A stretch of DNA of 64,000 bases from an uncultured Gemmatimonadales bacterium (GTDB taxonomy: Bacteria; Gemmatimonadota; Gemmatimonadetes; Gemmatimonadales; GWC2-71-9). A model generated the notes under the pieces. That model was not told the origin of the DNA. It did no database searches and saw only the letters and a program-made list of their open reading frames with translations. Numbering within the stretch: position 1 is the first letter of the stretch; each line of letters starts with the position of its first letter. Made by a program: the position numbers and the translations under genes. The stretch lies in NCBI GenBank assembly GCA_963815325.1, contig CAWFGG010000011.1, positions 70,645 through 134,644 on the forward strand, written 5' to 3'. Positions 1 to 9,399 of this stretch are shown here, one piece after another.

Positions 1-257
1 TCGGGTTTCTGTTCGATGTCTCGGGCACGTGGGCCATGCACCGCCTGGCGGAAGGGCGGTTCGATCTGCGGGATCCGCATACGCTGAGCGGACAGATCGC
101 CCTCTGGTTGATGCTGGCCCATGCCATCTGGGCCACCGAGGTGGTCCGGCGTGGCAGCGAGGAAGCACGGACGGGGTTTCGACGCTACTCCCTCATGGTG
201 TGGCTGGTGTGGCTGGTTCCCTATTTCAGCGGGCTCTACCTCGCCATGCGCAGGTGA
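1..257 (+). CDS. C-terminal part of a membrane protein (5' end outside the window)
   Basis: Frame 3 is open from base 3 to the stop at 255-257. The tail is hydrophobic and Trp/Leu-rich (IALWLMLAHAIW, LMVWLVWLVPYF). No family recognised. Confidence 0.35.
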   Translation, partial: GFLFDVSGTWAMHRLAEGRFDLRDPHTLSGQIALWLMLAHAIWATEVVRRGSEEARTGFRRYSLMVWLVWLVPYFSGLYLAMRR

Positions 258-330
258 TCGGTGCAGCGGACGACGAGAGCGGGTCGGCCCGGTCCCGATC
301 CATCACGGGCGCAAAGGCCGTGAGACGCCG

Positions 331-861
331 GTGAAGGTCCTCGAGACGGAGCGTCTCACTCTCCGGCGGCTCTCGATCGACGATGCCGAGTTCATTCTCG
401 AACTCCTCACCGACCCCGCGTTTCTCAAATACGTGGGCGACAAAGGCGTTCGGACCGTCGCGGACGCACGCGACTACATCCTGTCCGGACCCGTCACGAG
501 TTACGAGCAGTTCGGCTTTGGACTCTACCTGGTGGAATTGAAGGGGGACGGGAACCCAATCGGCATGTGCGGCCTGCTCAAGCGTGAGTCGCTGCCGGAT
601 GCCGACATCGGTTTCGCCTTTCTACCTCGCTACCGGGCCCGGGGATACGCCTGCGAGGCGGCCGCCGCGGTGCTGGCCTATGCCCGGGAGCAGGTCGGCC
701 TCCGCCGGATCGTGGCCATCACCGTTCCGGACAATGCCGGCTCCATCCGAATCCTCGAGAAGATCGGGCTCCGGTTCGAGCGCATGGTGCGGCTCTCCGA
801 GGACGCCGAGGAACTCCAGCTGTTCGCGTCCGGTGGCACGGCACCGGATGGATGGATGTGA
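331..861 (+). CDS. GNAT family N-acetyltransferase (RimJ/RimL-like)
   Basis: In-frame GTG at 331 gives the N-terminus VKVLETERLTLRRL, typical of this family. An RARGYACEAAAAVLAYA acetyl-CoA-type region is present. The upstream part of ORF 121..861 is Arg/Gly-rich shadow sequence. Confidence 0.8.
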   Translation: MKVLETERLTLRRLSIDDAEFILELLTDPAFLKYVGDKGVRTVADARDYILSGPVTSYEQFGFGLYLVELKGDGNPIGMCGLLKRESLPDADIGFAFLPRYRARGYACEAAAAVLAYAREQVGLRRIVAITVPDNAGSIRILEKIGLRFERMVRLSEDAEELQLFASGGTAPDGWM

Positions 862-937
862 CCAGATGACACCTGCCCTCGCGGACCTCGGCAGGGCACC
901 GAGGTCACGGGGGTGTCTAGGTCGGTCGAGGGGTCGT

Positions 938-1291
938 TTACCCGACGCGCTGCGACGCGCCGCTGCCACCCATCGGACGGGCCGCGACCGCAACCGAGAT
1001 TTCGCGCAGGTAGTCGACGGCCTTGAAGACCACGATCAGGATCTCCATCATCACCCGGAAATACATGGCCATGAGCAGGAAGACCAGGCCCGCGAGCGGG
1101 ACGCCGATGATCAGGGCGCCGAGCTTGCCGAAGAAGCCGCCGGCCATGCCCAGCGCGGCGATCAACACGGCCACGCCTGCGACGCCGCTCGCCAGCAGCA
1201 GCAACGCGTAGAGAACCCGTTGGATCTTGGGCGTGATGAAGTGGGTGAACGACAGGTCGAAGATCGACGCGATGAAGCCTCGCTGGTCCAT
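938..1291 (-). CDS. small membrane protein, DUF4282-like
   Basis: An internal ATG at 1291 precedes FDLSFTHFITPKIQRVLYALLLL and two predicted TM helices. I associate this pattern with DUF4282. Confidence 0.6.
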   Translation of the reverse strand: MDQRGFIASIFDLSFTHFITPKIQRVLYALLLLASGVAGVAVLIAALGMAGGFFGKLGALIIGVPLAGLVFLLMAMYFRVMMEILIVVFKAVDYLREISVAVAARPMGGSGASQRVG

Positions 1292-1418
1292 GGTGCGCTC
1301 CGGTGGGGGGACGGATGCTCGGATGTTGCTGCCCCCTTGGGGGCTCACCTCGCATTACGCAGGTTCGCGGCTGGAGCTGTCATAGCCCTGCGTAGTCTTC
1401 CCTCGATGGAAGCGAGCA

Positions 1419-2072
1419 ATGGCTGAGGTGGATGCATCGAAGATCGCTAGACGCCTGAGGGCCGCGCGGCCGCTCAACGCGGCCGCGCTCCGTGCCCTGC
1501 GCCGTGATGTCTCGAAGCAGGTGGCCGCGTGGCCACCTCGCGACGTGATCGAGTTGGCCGATGCCATTATCGACCTGACCCCGCCCGGGGCCTACCCGTT
1601 TGTCTACGAGCTGATCTGCTATCACCCGACCGCGCTCCAGCACCTCGGCCTGCGCGATCTGGAACGCCTGGGTCGGCACATGCGCGGCTGGGGAGACGTC
1701 GATTCGTTCGCGGGAATCGCCGGTCGAGCATGGCGGAATGGCCAGATATCGGATGCCGCAATCCATCGCTGGGCCCGGTCGGATGATCGGTGGTGGCGGC
1801 GCGCGGCGTTGGTGTCCACCGTGGCACTCAACGTCAAGTCGCAGGGCGGCCGTGGCGATGTCAATCGCACGCTGGGGGTGTGCCGCCGACTACTCGACGA
1901 CCGCGACGACATGGTGGTGAAGGCCATGTCCTGGGCGCTCCGGGCATTGGCCGTTCGGAAGCCAGGGGCAGTGGATCAGTTCGTGACCCGCAACGAGAGG
2001 GCACTCGCGCCCCGCGTGGTGCGGGAGGCCAGGAACAAGCTCCGCACCGGGCGAAAGGACGGCAAAGCCTGA
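1419..2072 (+). CDS. DNA alkylation repair protein (AlkD/AlkC-type HEAT-repeat glycosylase family)
   Basis: 217-aa ORF with a helical-repeat composition. The motifs RWWRRAALVSTVALN and VVKAMSWALRAL resemble the DNA_alkylation family. Confidence 0.65.
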   Translation: MAEVDASKIARRLRAARPLNAAALRALRRDVSKQVAAWPPRDVIELADAIIDLTPPGAYPFVYELICYHPTALQHLGLRDLERLGRHMRGWGDVDSFAGIAGRAWRNGQISDAAIHRWARSDDRWWRRAALVSTVALNVKSQGGRGDVNRTLGVCRRLLDDRDDMVVKAMSWALRALAVRKPGAVDQFVTRNERALAPRVVREARNKLRTGRKDGKA

Positions 2073-2135
2073 AGCGAGCCTGGCGACCAGGGATCTGCCG
2101 CCCTGGCTCGCTCCAATGCTTCGATGTGCTTGGGG

Positions 2136-3281
2136 CTACTTCTTGCCCTGAAGCGCCTTCAGCACGTCCCCGAGCAGCCCGCCGGCCCCGCCCCAAGTGC
2201 CGGTGGTGAGATCGCGAAACCCAACCGCATACTCCCTCACCGACCGGATCTGCTGGCTCGGTAAGATCTCCATCTGCTCGATGGTAAAATCGAAAGCGTA
2301 GCGGGTGCCTACCTGCCGACGGCCGGCACGGAACCAGACGGTGAACGTCGCGTTCCGTGACTGCCCTGGGTCGAGCCGGAACGACGGGTCCGCCGAACGC
2401 CCGGTGACCAGCCCGATGCCCTTGACGCTGGTGTCGTGCGTGCCGGGGCGGCCCCACAGATATCGGTTCCCGACGTCGTCCACCATCACGCTCGAGCCGG
2501 ATTGGTACCCAATGATCAGCGGCTCGTTGGACACATTGCTGAACCGGACCGTGGTCTCCACGATCTGGTCATTGTACGGATCCCGTTTGCTCAGATTGAC
2601 CCGCACCACCTCGGCCACGAACGGGCCGGCGTGGTTGCAGCGCACATCGCCGCCACATGGATCCTTGACCGGCATCGCCGCCTCGGCTGCCGGAGGCTCG
2701 CCACCAGACGGTTCGGCCGGTGCCGGGGCGGCGGCAGCGACGGCACCTTCGCCGAAGCCGCTGAAGTGGAGCACGTGTTCCTTCCCCAACCGGTACTGTG
2801 ACCCGGTCACGGGATCGATCTCCCTGATCGCCAGGTCGATCTCGTAGGTCGTGCCGTAGATGTCGCCCCGGCGTGGCTGCCAGGCGAATTCGAACCGGGC
2901 GTCGCTCACTTCCCCGGGCTGCAACACAAACTTGGGGTCGAAAGTATTGGCGTTGACCTCACCGATTCCGCGCACGCCGCGTCCGCCCTGGACCTGATAC
3001 CGATTGCCTCGGTCATCTACAGCCAGCCCGGAGCCAGAGACATATCCTAGAACCAGGGGGCCAGTGGTCCTGTTCTGGAATCGGATGGTGGCCGACACCA
3101 GCCGGTAGTTCCCGGTCGTGCTTTCGCGAAAGTCGCTTACGGTCGCAATGAATGTCGTCACCTCGGTACAGGACGGCTGTCCTGCACAGGCCTGGTTTGC
3201 TTGGCCGGCGAGCGGCGGGCCGACGAGGCCGAGGGCGGCCCCCGCAAGTACGATCGCAAACCCGTTGTGGCGCAAAGTCAT
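2136..3281 (-). CDS. secreted protein with two tandem copies of a ~150-aa domain
   Basis: The signal peptide MTLRHNGFAIVLAGAALGLVGPPLAG starts at ATG 3281. Two homologous halves are linked by an Ala/Pro-rich linker. Compare VSATIRFQNRTTGPLVLGYVSGSGLAVDDRGNRY with VETTVRFSNVSNEPLIIGYQSGSSVMVDDVGNRY. Confidence 0.7.
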   Translation of the reverse strand: MTLRHNGFAIVLAGAALGLVGPPLAGQANQACAGQPSCTEVTTFIATVSDFRESTTGNYRLVSATIRFQNRTTGPLVLGYVSGSGLAVDDRGNRYQVQGGRGVRGIGEVNANTFDPKFVLQPGEVSDARFEFAWQPRRGDIYGTTYEIDLAIREIDPVTGSQYRLGKEHVLHFSGFGEGAVAAAAPAPAEPSGGEPPAAEAAMPVKDPCGGDVRCNHAGPFVAEVVRVNLSKRDPYNDQIVETTVRFSNVSNEPLIIGYQSGSSVMVDDVGNRYLWGRPGTHDTSVKGIGLVTGRSADPSFRLDPGQSRNATFTVWFRAGRRQVGTRYAFDFTIEQMEILPSQQIRSVREYAVGFRDLTTGTWGGAGGLLGDVLKALQGKK

Positions 3282-3374
3282 GATGTGTCCTCCGTTGATC
3301 CGATGCAGGTCGTGGGTCCATAAAGCAAGCAGCATGGTTGTTAACGACTCCGTCCGGCAGATTGGTCAGGGCTA

Positions 3375-3686
3375 TCACCCGGCGGGCGACTTGACGAATT
3401 CGGAATAGCCCGCTTCCACCGCCGCAACATTCCGGGCACTGCGCCACCAAAGCCACGCGCCCACCAGTGCGACCGGAACGCCGGCCGCGGCTCCGGCGAC
3501 AGTGGGCAACAGCCCTACCCCGAGAAGGAGAAGCCCGCCACCGAGCAGCTTCGGCAGCCGGAGGCTTCGGATCATGGCCAGCTTCTTGGCCCGCAGGACG
3601 TCGGGGTCGCGTGAGCCGATCTCCCTGAGGCCGCCAATCACGGCTTGCTTGTCCACGATCACGAACGGGTTCCCTCCAACCTGCAT
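3375..3686 (-). CDS. small membrane protein, unknown function
   Basis: Start taken at MQVGGNPFVIVDK. Two TM helices are predicted (LLGGGLLLLGVGLLPTVAGAAAGVPVALVGAWLWW). Co-directional with the preceding secreted protein. Confidence 0.45.
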   Translation of the reverse strand: MQVGGNPFVIVDKQAVIGGLREIGSRDPDVLRAKKLAMIRSLRLPKLLGGGLLLLGVGLLPTVAGAAAGVPVALVGAWLWWRSARNVAAVEAGYSEFVKSPAG

Positions 3687-3891
3687 TGTTGCGCCCTCCG
3701 GTAGGGTCAGGCCGCAAATACTACCCACCTCTGTTGCCGACCCCCGCGCTGGGCGGTAGTGTATCCGGATGGGCGGCTCGTGGTCGCCCACAATGTTTCC
3801 GGGCCGGACGACGGTGCGCTGCCCAATTGGTAATACGCGGAATGACCGGGCACGCTGTCACAGTGGCCGCCGCAATCGGAGAAGTCGGCAT

Positions 3892-4425
3892 ATGCCGGAG
3901 CACGAGCCCACGCTCGATGAATGGTTCAGCCTTGCCTATGAGGAGCTTCGTCGGCTTGCCTCGAGCATTCGGCGAGACAACGCGAGCGCAACCCTCAGCC
4001 CCACCGCGCTGGTCCACGAGGCCTGGCTCAAGCTGGCTCGCACCTCGTCTCTCGACGTGTCGTCCAAGCTCCATTTCAAGCGCATTGCCGCCCGCGCCAT
4101 GCGGCAGGTGCTGGTCGACGCCGCACGGCGCAAGAGCACTGAGAAGCGAGGCGCCGGTGCCGCGCTCGTTACCTTCGATGACGAACTCGACAAAGCGGCC
4201 GCGACCGCCGCTGACGTCCTCGTGCTGGATGAAGCACTGGAGGAATTAGCCCAGGTAGCGCCGCGGCAGGCCGCAATGGTCGAGAGCAGGTTCTTCGGTG
4301 GCTTTGATGTCAAGGAAACGGCGGAACTCCTGGACCTGTCCGAGGCCACCGTGATGCGCGATTGGCGAGCCGCCCGGGCGTGGCTTGCCCTCCGCCTCCG
4401 TCAAGGGGAAGCGCCCGCGTCCTAG
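3892..4425 (+). CDS. ECF-type RNA polymerase sigma factor
   Basis: ATG at 3892. A region 2 motif (LVHEAWLKL) and a region 4 helix-turn-helix (ETAELLDLSEATVMRDWRAARAWL) are present. It ends 10 nt before the kinase gene. Confidence 0.85.
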   Translation: MPEHEPTLDEWFSLAYEELRRLASSIRRDNASATLSPTALVHEAWLKLARTSSLDVSSKLHFKRIAARAMRQVLVDAARRKSTEKRGAGAALVTFDDELDKAAATAADVLVLDEALEELAQVAPRQAAMVESRFFGGFDVKETAELLDLSEATVMRDWRAARAWLALRLRQGEAPAS

Positions 4426-4435
4426 GGGAGCAGCT

Positions 4436-7084
4436 ATGGATCCGGTTCGTTGGGAGCGAGTGCAGGGGCTGTTCCACGCCGCGGCGGCGCTGCCGGATGC
4501 CGAGCGGCGATCGTTCCTCGAGTCCGAATGTACCGGGGACCCCGAACTCCTCAGTGAAGTCATCGCGCTGCTGGAAGAGGATGCTCGGACCGGCTCACTG
4601 CTCGATCGCGGCGTGGCCGGGTCGGCCGAGCACTTGGTTGACGATGCACGTGATGTGACGATCGGCCTCCGGTTTGGTCCCTACCGGACGACCGGCATCG
4701 TTGGAGAAGGCGGGATGGGCCTCGTCTATCTCGCGGAACGCGCCGACCTCCAGAGCCGCGTCGCCATCAAGGTTCTTCGTGACGCGGCGCTCTCCCCGGC
4801 CCGCCGAGAGCGATTTGCCGCTGAGCAACGTACCCTGGCCCAGCTCAACCATCCGGCCATCGCACCACTGTATGATGCCGATACGCTTCCAAACGGTACG
4901 CCATGGTTCGCCATGGAATACGTCGAGGGGCTGCCGCTCACCGAGTACTGCCAACGCCGGGGGACTTCGCTCGAAGGTCGATTGCTCTTGCTCCGCGCGG
5001 TATGCGAAGCCGTGCAGCACGCCCATCGTCATCTGGTGGTCCACCGGGACCTCAAACCGTCGAACATCATGGTCAAACAGGACGGCACGGTGAAGTTGCT
5101 GGACTTTGGGATTGCCAAGCAGCTGGAAAGTCTCGACGTGCCGGTAGATCAGACCAAAACCGGGCTTCGGCTCATGACGCCGGCCTATGCCGCCCCCGAG
5201 CAGCTGCGTGGTGAGCGTGTCGGCATTCACACCGATATCTACTCGTTGGGCGTGCTCCTCTACGAACTCCTGACCGGCCAATTACCGTTCGATTTGGCCA
5301 ACCAGGCACCGTGGGAAGCCGAGCGTATCATCGCCGAGCAAGAGCCCGCCAAGCCCTCTGCGGTGGTGCAACGCGCTGGAGGGGGGGTGGGTATCAGCCG
5401 GGCATCCTGGGGCGACCTGGACGTGTTATGCCTCGCCGCGATGCACAAGGAGCCCCAGCGTCGATACCGGACAGTGGACGCGCTCATCCGCGACATCGAT
5501 CACTATCTGGCGCGGGAGCCGCTGGAGGCGCGACCCGACACCATCGGGTACCGGGCCGGGAAGTTCCTCCGCCGCAACAGAAACGCGGTGGCAGCCGGGA
5601 TCGTCGTGGCCGCAACCGTGCTCGGCCTGGTGGGCTTTTACACCGTCCGACTTGCCAGCGCGCGGAATGCGGCCGTTGCCGAAGCCGCCCGCACTCAGCG
5701 GATTCAGGGATTCATGCTCAACCTCTTTCGGGGCGGCGACGAACAGGTGGGCCCGGCCGACAGTTTGCGGGTGGTGAGTCTTCTCGGACGCGGCGTCGAA
5801 GAGGCACGCACCCTCGGCAGCGAGCCCGAGGTGCAGGCGGAGCTGCTCTTCACCCTGGGCGGTTTGTATCAAAAGCTCGGCCAACTCGATCGGGCGGACT
5901 CCCTGCTGCAGCGTGTCCTCGAGCAGCGCCGCTCGTTGTATGGTGCGGAGCATGCCGACGTGGCGGAGGCCGAGGTGGCGCTGGGCGAGCTGCGGCTCGA
6001 TCAGGCCGACTACCCGGAAGCCGAACGCCTGATCCGCGAGGGCCTGGCCAAGCTCGAGCGCGTGCTGCCCAGTGGTCACCCCGCCATCGCGAACGCGACG
6101 ACGGCCCTGGGAACCGTGCTGGAGGAGCGTGGCGATTATGACCAGGCCATCGCGGTGCTCCAAGACGCCGTGCGTCTCCAGGAGCTGCAGGGCGAAGGCC
6201 CCAACCCCGGGCTCACGACGAGCCTGACCGAGCTCGGCAACTCTCATTTCTATGCCGGCAACTTCCCGATTGCGGATTCCATCTTCCGGCACGTGCTCGA
6301 CTTGGACCGGCAACTCTATGGAAACCGTCACCCCGTGGTGGCCAACGATCTGATCAACGTCGGCGCCGTGCAGCATGAGCGGGGAAAGTACCCAGAAGCG
6401 GAGCAGTTCTACCGCGATGCGCTCGAGGTAAACAGGGGGTTCTATGGGGAGGAACACCCCAAGACGGCCCAAAACCTGACCATGCTGGGCCGCTCCCTCA
6501 TCTTCCAGCGGCGGCTCGATGAAGCGGACCAAGTCATTCGGCAGGCAGCTGCCATCCAAGAAAGGGCCTATGGCGAGAACCATCCCCTGGTTGCCTCAAC
6601 CGTCAACGAGTTGGGCAGCGTGGCCCTGATGCAGGATCGGTTGGATGACGCGGAAGCGGCCTATCGCCGGATGATCGAGATTTATCGCGCCGTATACCCA
6701 CCACCGGCCAATCACTACTTGATCGGCATCGCGGTATCGAACCTCGCGAGCGTCCAGTTGACCCGGCAGCGGTATGCCGAAGCCGAGCGGCTGTTCAGCG
6801 AAGCCGTGCAGATCTTTTCCGATACCCAGTCTCCCGAGCATCTGAACACGGGCATCGCGCGAATCAAGCTCGGACGCGCGCTCCTGCGTCAGCACCATTA
6901 CGCGCAAGCCGCAAGTGAGAGTCTCGCAGGATATGAGATTCTGGTGCCGCAAACCGACCCGACGGTGAGCTGGCTCCAGACCGCTCGTCGTGACCTGGTG
7001 GAGGCCTACGATGCCCTAGGACAGCCCGAGCGGGCCGAGCGGTTCCGCAAGGAGCTGGCGGATACGGTAGAGAAGACCCCATAA
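4436..7084 (+). CDS. Ser/Thr protein kinase with one TM helix and a C-terminal TPR array
   Basis: ATG 4436 follows a GGGGAG ribosome-binding site. Kinase motifs HRDLKPSNIMV, DFGIAK and TPAYAAPE are present. The TM helix is AVAAGIVVAATVLGLVGFYTV. About 400 aa of TPR-like repeats follow. Confidence 0.9.
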   Translation: MDPVRWERVQGLFHAAAALPDAERRSFLESECTGDPELLSEVIALLEEDARTGSLLDRGVAGSAEHLVDDARDVTIGLRFGPYRTTGIVGEGGMGLVYLAERADLQSRVAIKVLRDAALSPARRERFAAEQRTLAQLNHPAIAPLYDADTLPNGTPWFAMEYVEGLPLTEYCQRRGTSLEGRLLLLRAVCEAVQHAHRHLVVHRDLKPSNIMVKQDGTVKLLDFGIAKQLESLDVPVDQTKTGLRLMTPAYAAPEQLRGERVGIHTDIYSLGVLLYELLTGQLPFDLANQAPWEAERIIAEQEPAKPSAVVQRAGGGVGISRASWGDLDVLCLAAMHKEPQRRYRTVDALIRDIDHYLAREPLEARPDTIGYRAGKFLRRNRNAVAAGIVVAATVLGLVGFYTVRLASARNAAVAEAARTQRIQGFMLNLFRGGDEQVGPADSLRVVSLLGRGVEEARTLGSEPEVQAELLFTLGGLYQKLGQLDRADSLLQRVLEQRRSLYGAEHADVAEAEVALGELRLDQADYPEAERLIREGLAKLERVLPSGHPAIANATTALGTVLEERGDYDQAIAVLQDAVRLQELQGEGPNPGLTTSLTELGNSHFYAGNFPIADSIFRHVLDLDRQLYGNRHPVVANDLINVGAVQHERGKYPEAEQFYRDALEVNRGFYGEEHPKTAQNLTMLGRSLIFQRRLDEADQVIRQAAAIQERAYGENHPLVASTVNELGSVALMQDRLDDAEAAYRRMIEIYRAVYPPPANHYLIGIAVSNLASVQLTRQRYAEAERLFSEAVQIFSDTQSPEHLNTGIARIKLGRALLRQHHYAQAASESLAGYEILVPQTDPTVSWLQTARRDLVEAYDALGQPERAERFRKELADTVEKTP

Positions 7085-7183
7085 CGCATCAACCGCCTTG
7101 CGACCCGGGCGTGAGGGCTCGAGCGCTGACAGCCTCAGGCCCTGAACTGCGTACTGCAACAAGAACCCGAGAAGGAGCCCCCC

Positions 7184-7801
7184 GTGCATCGGTCCCGATT
7201 CAACTGGTTCGCGATTGCCTCGGCGCTGGCCGTCGGTCTGGCCGCCCCGCGTGCGCTGCCCGCTCAGTCCCATGCGCCGGTGAGCTTGGGCGCCTTGCTC
7301 ACCACCTTCCTGGCCGATTCGGGGGTCCGAACCCAGGGCCTTCCGTGGACGACCGGGAACGAGCTTGCCATCGAATGGCAGAGCCCGACGCCCGTCAAGA
7401 TTCCCTACACGACCCAGGATGGCAGCACCGTATCTCGCACGGGTACCACTCGGGTCAGCATGAATGACGGATCCATTGTTGATGCCACCGTCGAAGTGGC
7501 CGGCAACGAGGTGGGCATCCAGCGGGTCACCGTGGGCTTCGACGCACCGGAGCTTCCCAAGAACCTGGTGCTGGCGGAACAGACCCTGACCGCCGCGGGC
7601 ATTGCGCTCACTCCGCTCAAGTGCAGCCGAGATACCGAGGGGATCAGCTACGGCAACCTGGTCTACGTACTCAAGGCTCCCGGCAAGACCGCCTCCGCGC
7701 TGCATGAGTCGTGGAATTGTGGACAGGACGGCTGCGGCGCCGCGTTGACCATTGTCTATCGGAAAAAGGACCTGGCCTCGATCTCGTGCTTCGGGGAGTA
7801 G
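7184..7801 (+). CDS. secreted protein, unknown function
   Basis: GTG start. The signal peptide is FAIASALAVGLAAPRALPAQS. Four Cys lie in the C-terminal third. It sits directly downstream of the kinase. Confidence 0.55.
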   Translation: MHRSRFNWFAIASALAVGLAAPRALPAQSHAPVSLGALLTTFLADSGVRTQGLPWTTGNELAIEWQSPTPVKIPYTTQDGSTVSRTGTTRVSMNDGSIVDATVEVAGNEVGIQRVTVGFDAPELPKNLVLAEQTLTAAGIALTPLKCSRDTEGISYGNLVYVLKAPGKTASALHESWNCGQDGCGAALTIVYRKKDLASISCFGE

Positions 7802-7934
7802 GCTCGCACGGTCGCGGCGCCCTCGCTCGCCACCTCATCTAGCCACCCGGCCCACCACCTGAGCCGGGTATTTCATGCTGGCTAGAGGCTGCCACCGGCC
7901 ATAGATTCAGTTTTCCCCCTCACAAACGTCCGCA

Positions 7935-8468
7935 ATGAAAACGGGGAAGGCAATTATGAGTCAAACCGGTCGAGTAGCTACTGCCGTGCTGGTGGCACTC
8001 GCCGCGGCGTCCTGCGCCCCATCAGAGACAGCTCAACTCGAGGCCAATAAGGACCTGGTGCGGCAGTTTGCCGCGGCGATCAACGCGGCAGACTGGGACA
8101 CGCTGGACTCGTTGGTAACGGAGGACTTCCGCCGGCACAGTCAGGCGACACCCGACGTGCAGGTGAACTCGCGCGCCGACTTTCGCAAACTCCAGGAGTC
8201 GTTCTTTGCGAGCATGCCCGACCAGCACATCACGGTCGACATGCTCGTGGCGGAGGGCGACAAGGTCGCCGCGTACGCGACCTATGCCGGCACCTTGACG
8301 GGTCCGATGGGCGACTTTCCGCCGACCGGGAAGTCGGCGGAGAGCAAGTTCATCAGCATCTTTCGCATCGAGGGCGGACGGATCGCGGAGCTCTGGGTCG
8401 AATGGGACAACCTGGCCATGCTCGCCCAGCTCGGGCTCTTCCCGCCGCCTAGTGAGCCGAGCGATTGA
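7935..8468 (+). CDS. SnoaL-like / ester cyclase family lipoprotein
   Basis: Lipobox LAAASC. NKDLVRQFAAAINAADWDTLDSLVTEDF and RIEGGRIAELWVEWD are typical of the SnoaL/NTF2-like fold. The start could also be ATG 7956. Confidence 0.7.
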   Translation: MKTGKAIMSQTGRVATAVLVALAAASCAPSETAQLEANKDLVRQFAAAINAADWDTLDSLVTEDFRRHSQATPDVQVNSRADFRKLQESFFASMPDQHITVDMLVAEGDKVAAYATYAGTLTGPMGDFPPTGKSAESKFISIFRIEGGRIAELWVEWDNLAMLAQLGLFPPPSEPSD

Positions 8469-8576
8469 GAGTTGTCTGAGTTTGCAGGCACGGGCAGTGG
8501 ACATCGCGGCTAACACGACGGTCCTGTACAATGAAGAATCGGAACGTCAGGGACTTGACCACGGGGGCACGGTAGG

Positions 8577-9284
8577 ATGACGCACATCGAGGCCCAGCCC
8601 GCGCTCGACCGAGACAGAAGTAGTGCGGTGACGCGCGGACGCTGGCTCACCTGGGCTACCGTCGCCTACAACTGCCTGGAAGGCCTGCTCTCGATCGGGA
8701 GCGGGCTCTTGGCCGGCAGTGTGTCGCTGATCGGCTTCGGGGTGGACAGCTTCATCGAAGTGAGCGCGAGCCTCATCGCCGTGTGGCGGCTGCACGTCGA
8801 TCACGAGGCCAGTAGGCGCGAGCAGGCGGAGCGCCTGGCACAGCGGCTGATCGGCCTCTCGTTCCTCGCGTTGGCCGGCTACGTAGCGGTCGAGGCCACC
8901 CGCTCGCTCGTCACTCGGGCCGAGCCGGAACCGAGCCCTATCGGGATCGCCATCGCCGCAGCCTCGCTCGTCGTCATGCCGCTCTTAGCCCGGGCCAAAC
9001 GCCGGGTCGCAGCGCGACTCTCAAGTGGAGCACTTGGCGCGGAAGCCAGGCAGACCGAGATCTGTATGTACCTGTCGGCGATTCTCTTAGGCGGGCTCGT
9101 CCTGAATGCCGCATTCTCCTGGTGGTGGGCCGACCCCGTTGCCGGAATTGCCATGACGCCGTTCATTGCCTGGGAAGGCATCGAGGGTCTGCGCGGCCGC
9201 CACGCTTGCGGTGACTGTGCGCCGGTCGAGTTGGTCGCTGCCCAACAGCTCAGCACTGACGGGCCTGGAGCGTCGCGAACATAG
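8577..9284 (+). CDS. cation efflux (CDF-like) membrane transporter, short form
   Basis: Six hydrophobic segments are present. The SLIGFGVDSFIEVSAS motif resembles CDF TM2. The C-terminus contains CGDC. Confidence 0.6.
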   Translation: MTHIEAQPALDRDRSSAVTRGRWLTWATVAYNCLEGLLSIGSGLLAGSVSLIGFGVDSFIEVSASLIAVWRLHVDHEASRREQAERLAQRLIGLSFLALAGYVAVEATRSLVTRAEPEPSPIGIAIAAASLVVMPLLARAKRRVAARLSSGALGAEARQTEICMYLSAILLGGLVLNAAFSWWWADPVAGIAMTPFIAWEGIEGLRGRHACGDCAPVELVAAQQLSTDGPGASRT

Positions 9285-9399
9285 GCCTGCGCGAAACAAC
9301 GCCCGGGAACCCGAACGCGCCCTACTGCGTTCACGTGACAGCACGCAGACGGTCATATGCGCCAACGAATTGAGATCCATAGATTACCGAGCGCTACCC

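Noticed and set aside
2073-2112. An inverted repeat AGCGAGCC ... GGCTCGCT between the convergent AlkD-like and secreted-protein genes, considered as a bidirectional terminator
   Set aside because: It has an 8-bp stem with a 24-nt loop, competing inner pairings and no T-tract. It is too weak to call.
3839-3866. GGAAT followed by spacer, considered as an ECF-type autoregulated promoter upstream of the sigma gene
   Set aside because: There is no CGT-type -10 element at the expected 16-17 nt spacing, so a single pentamer is not evidence.
4385-4435. An upstream extension of the kinase ORF (MPSASVKGKRPRPRGAA)
   Set aside because: It overlaps the sigma factor 3' end. ATG 4436 has a GGGGAG ribosome-binding site, and the conserved N-terminus starts at MDPVRWERV.
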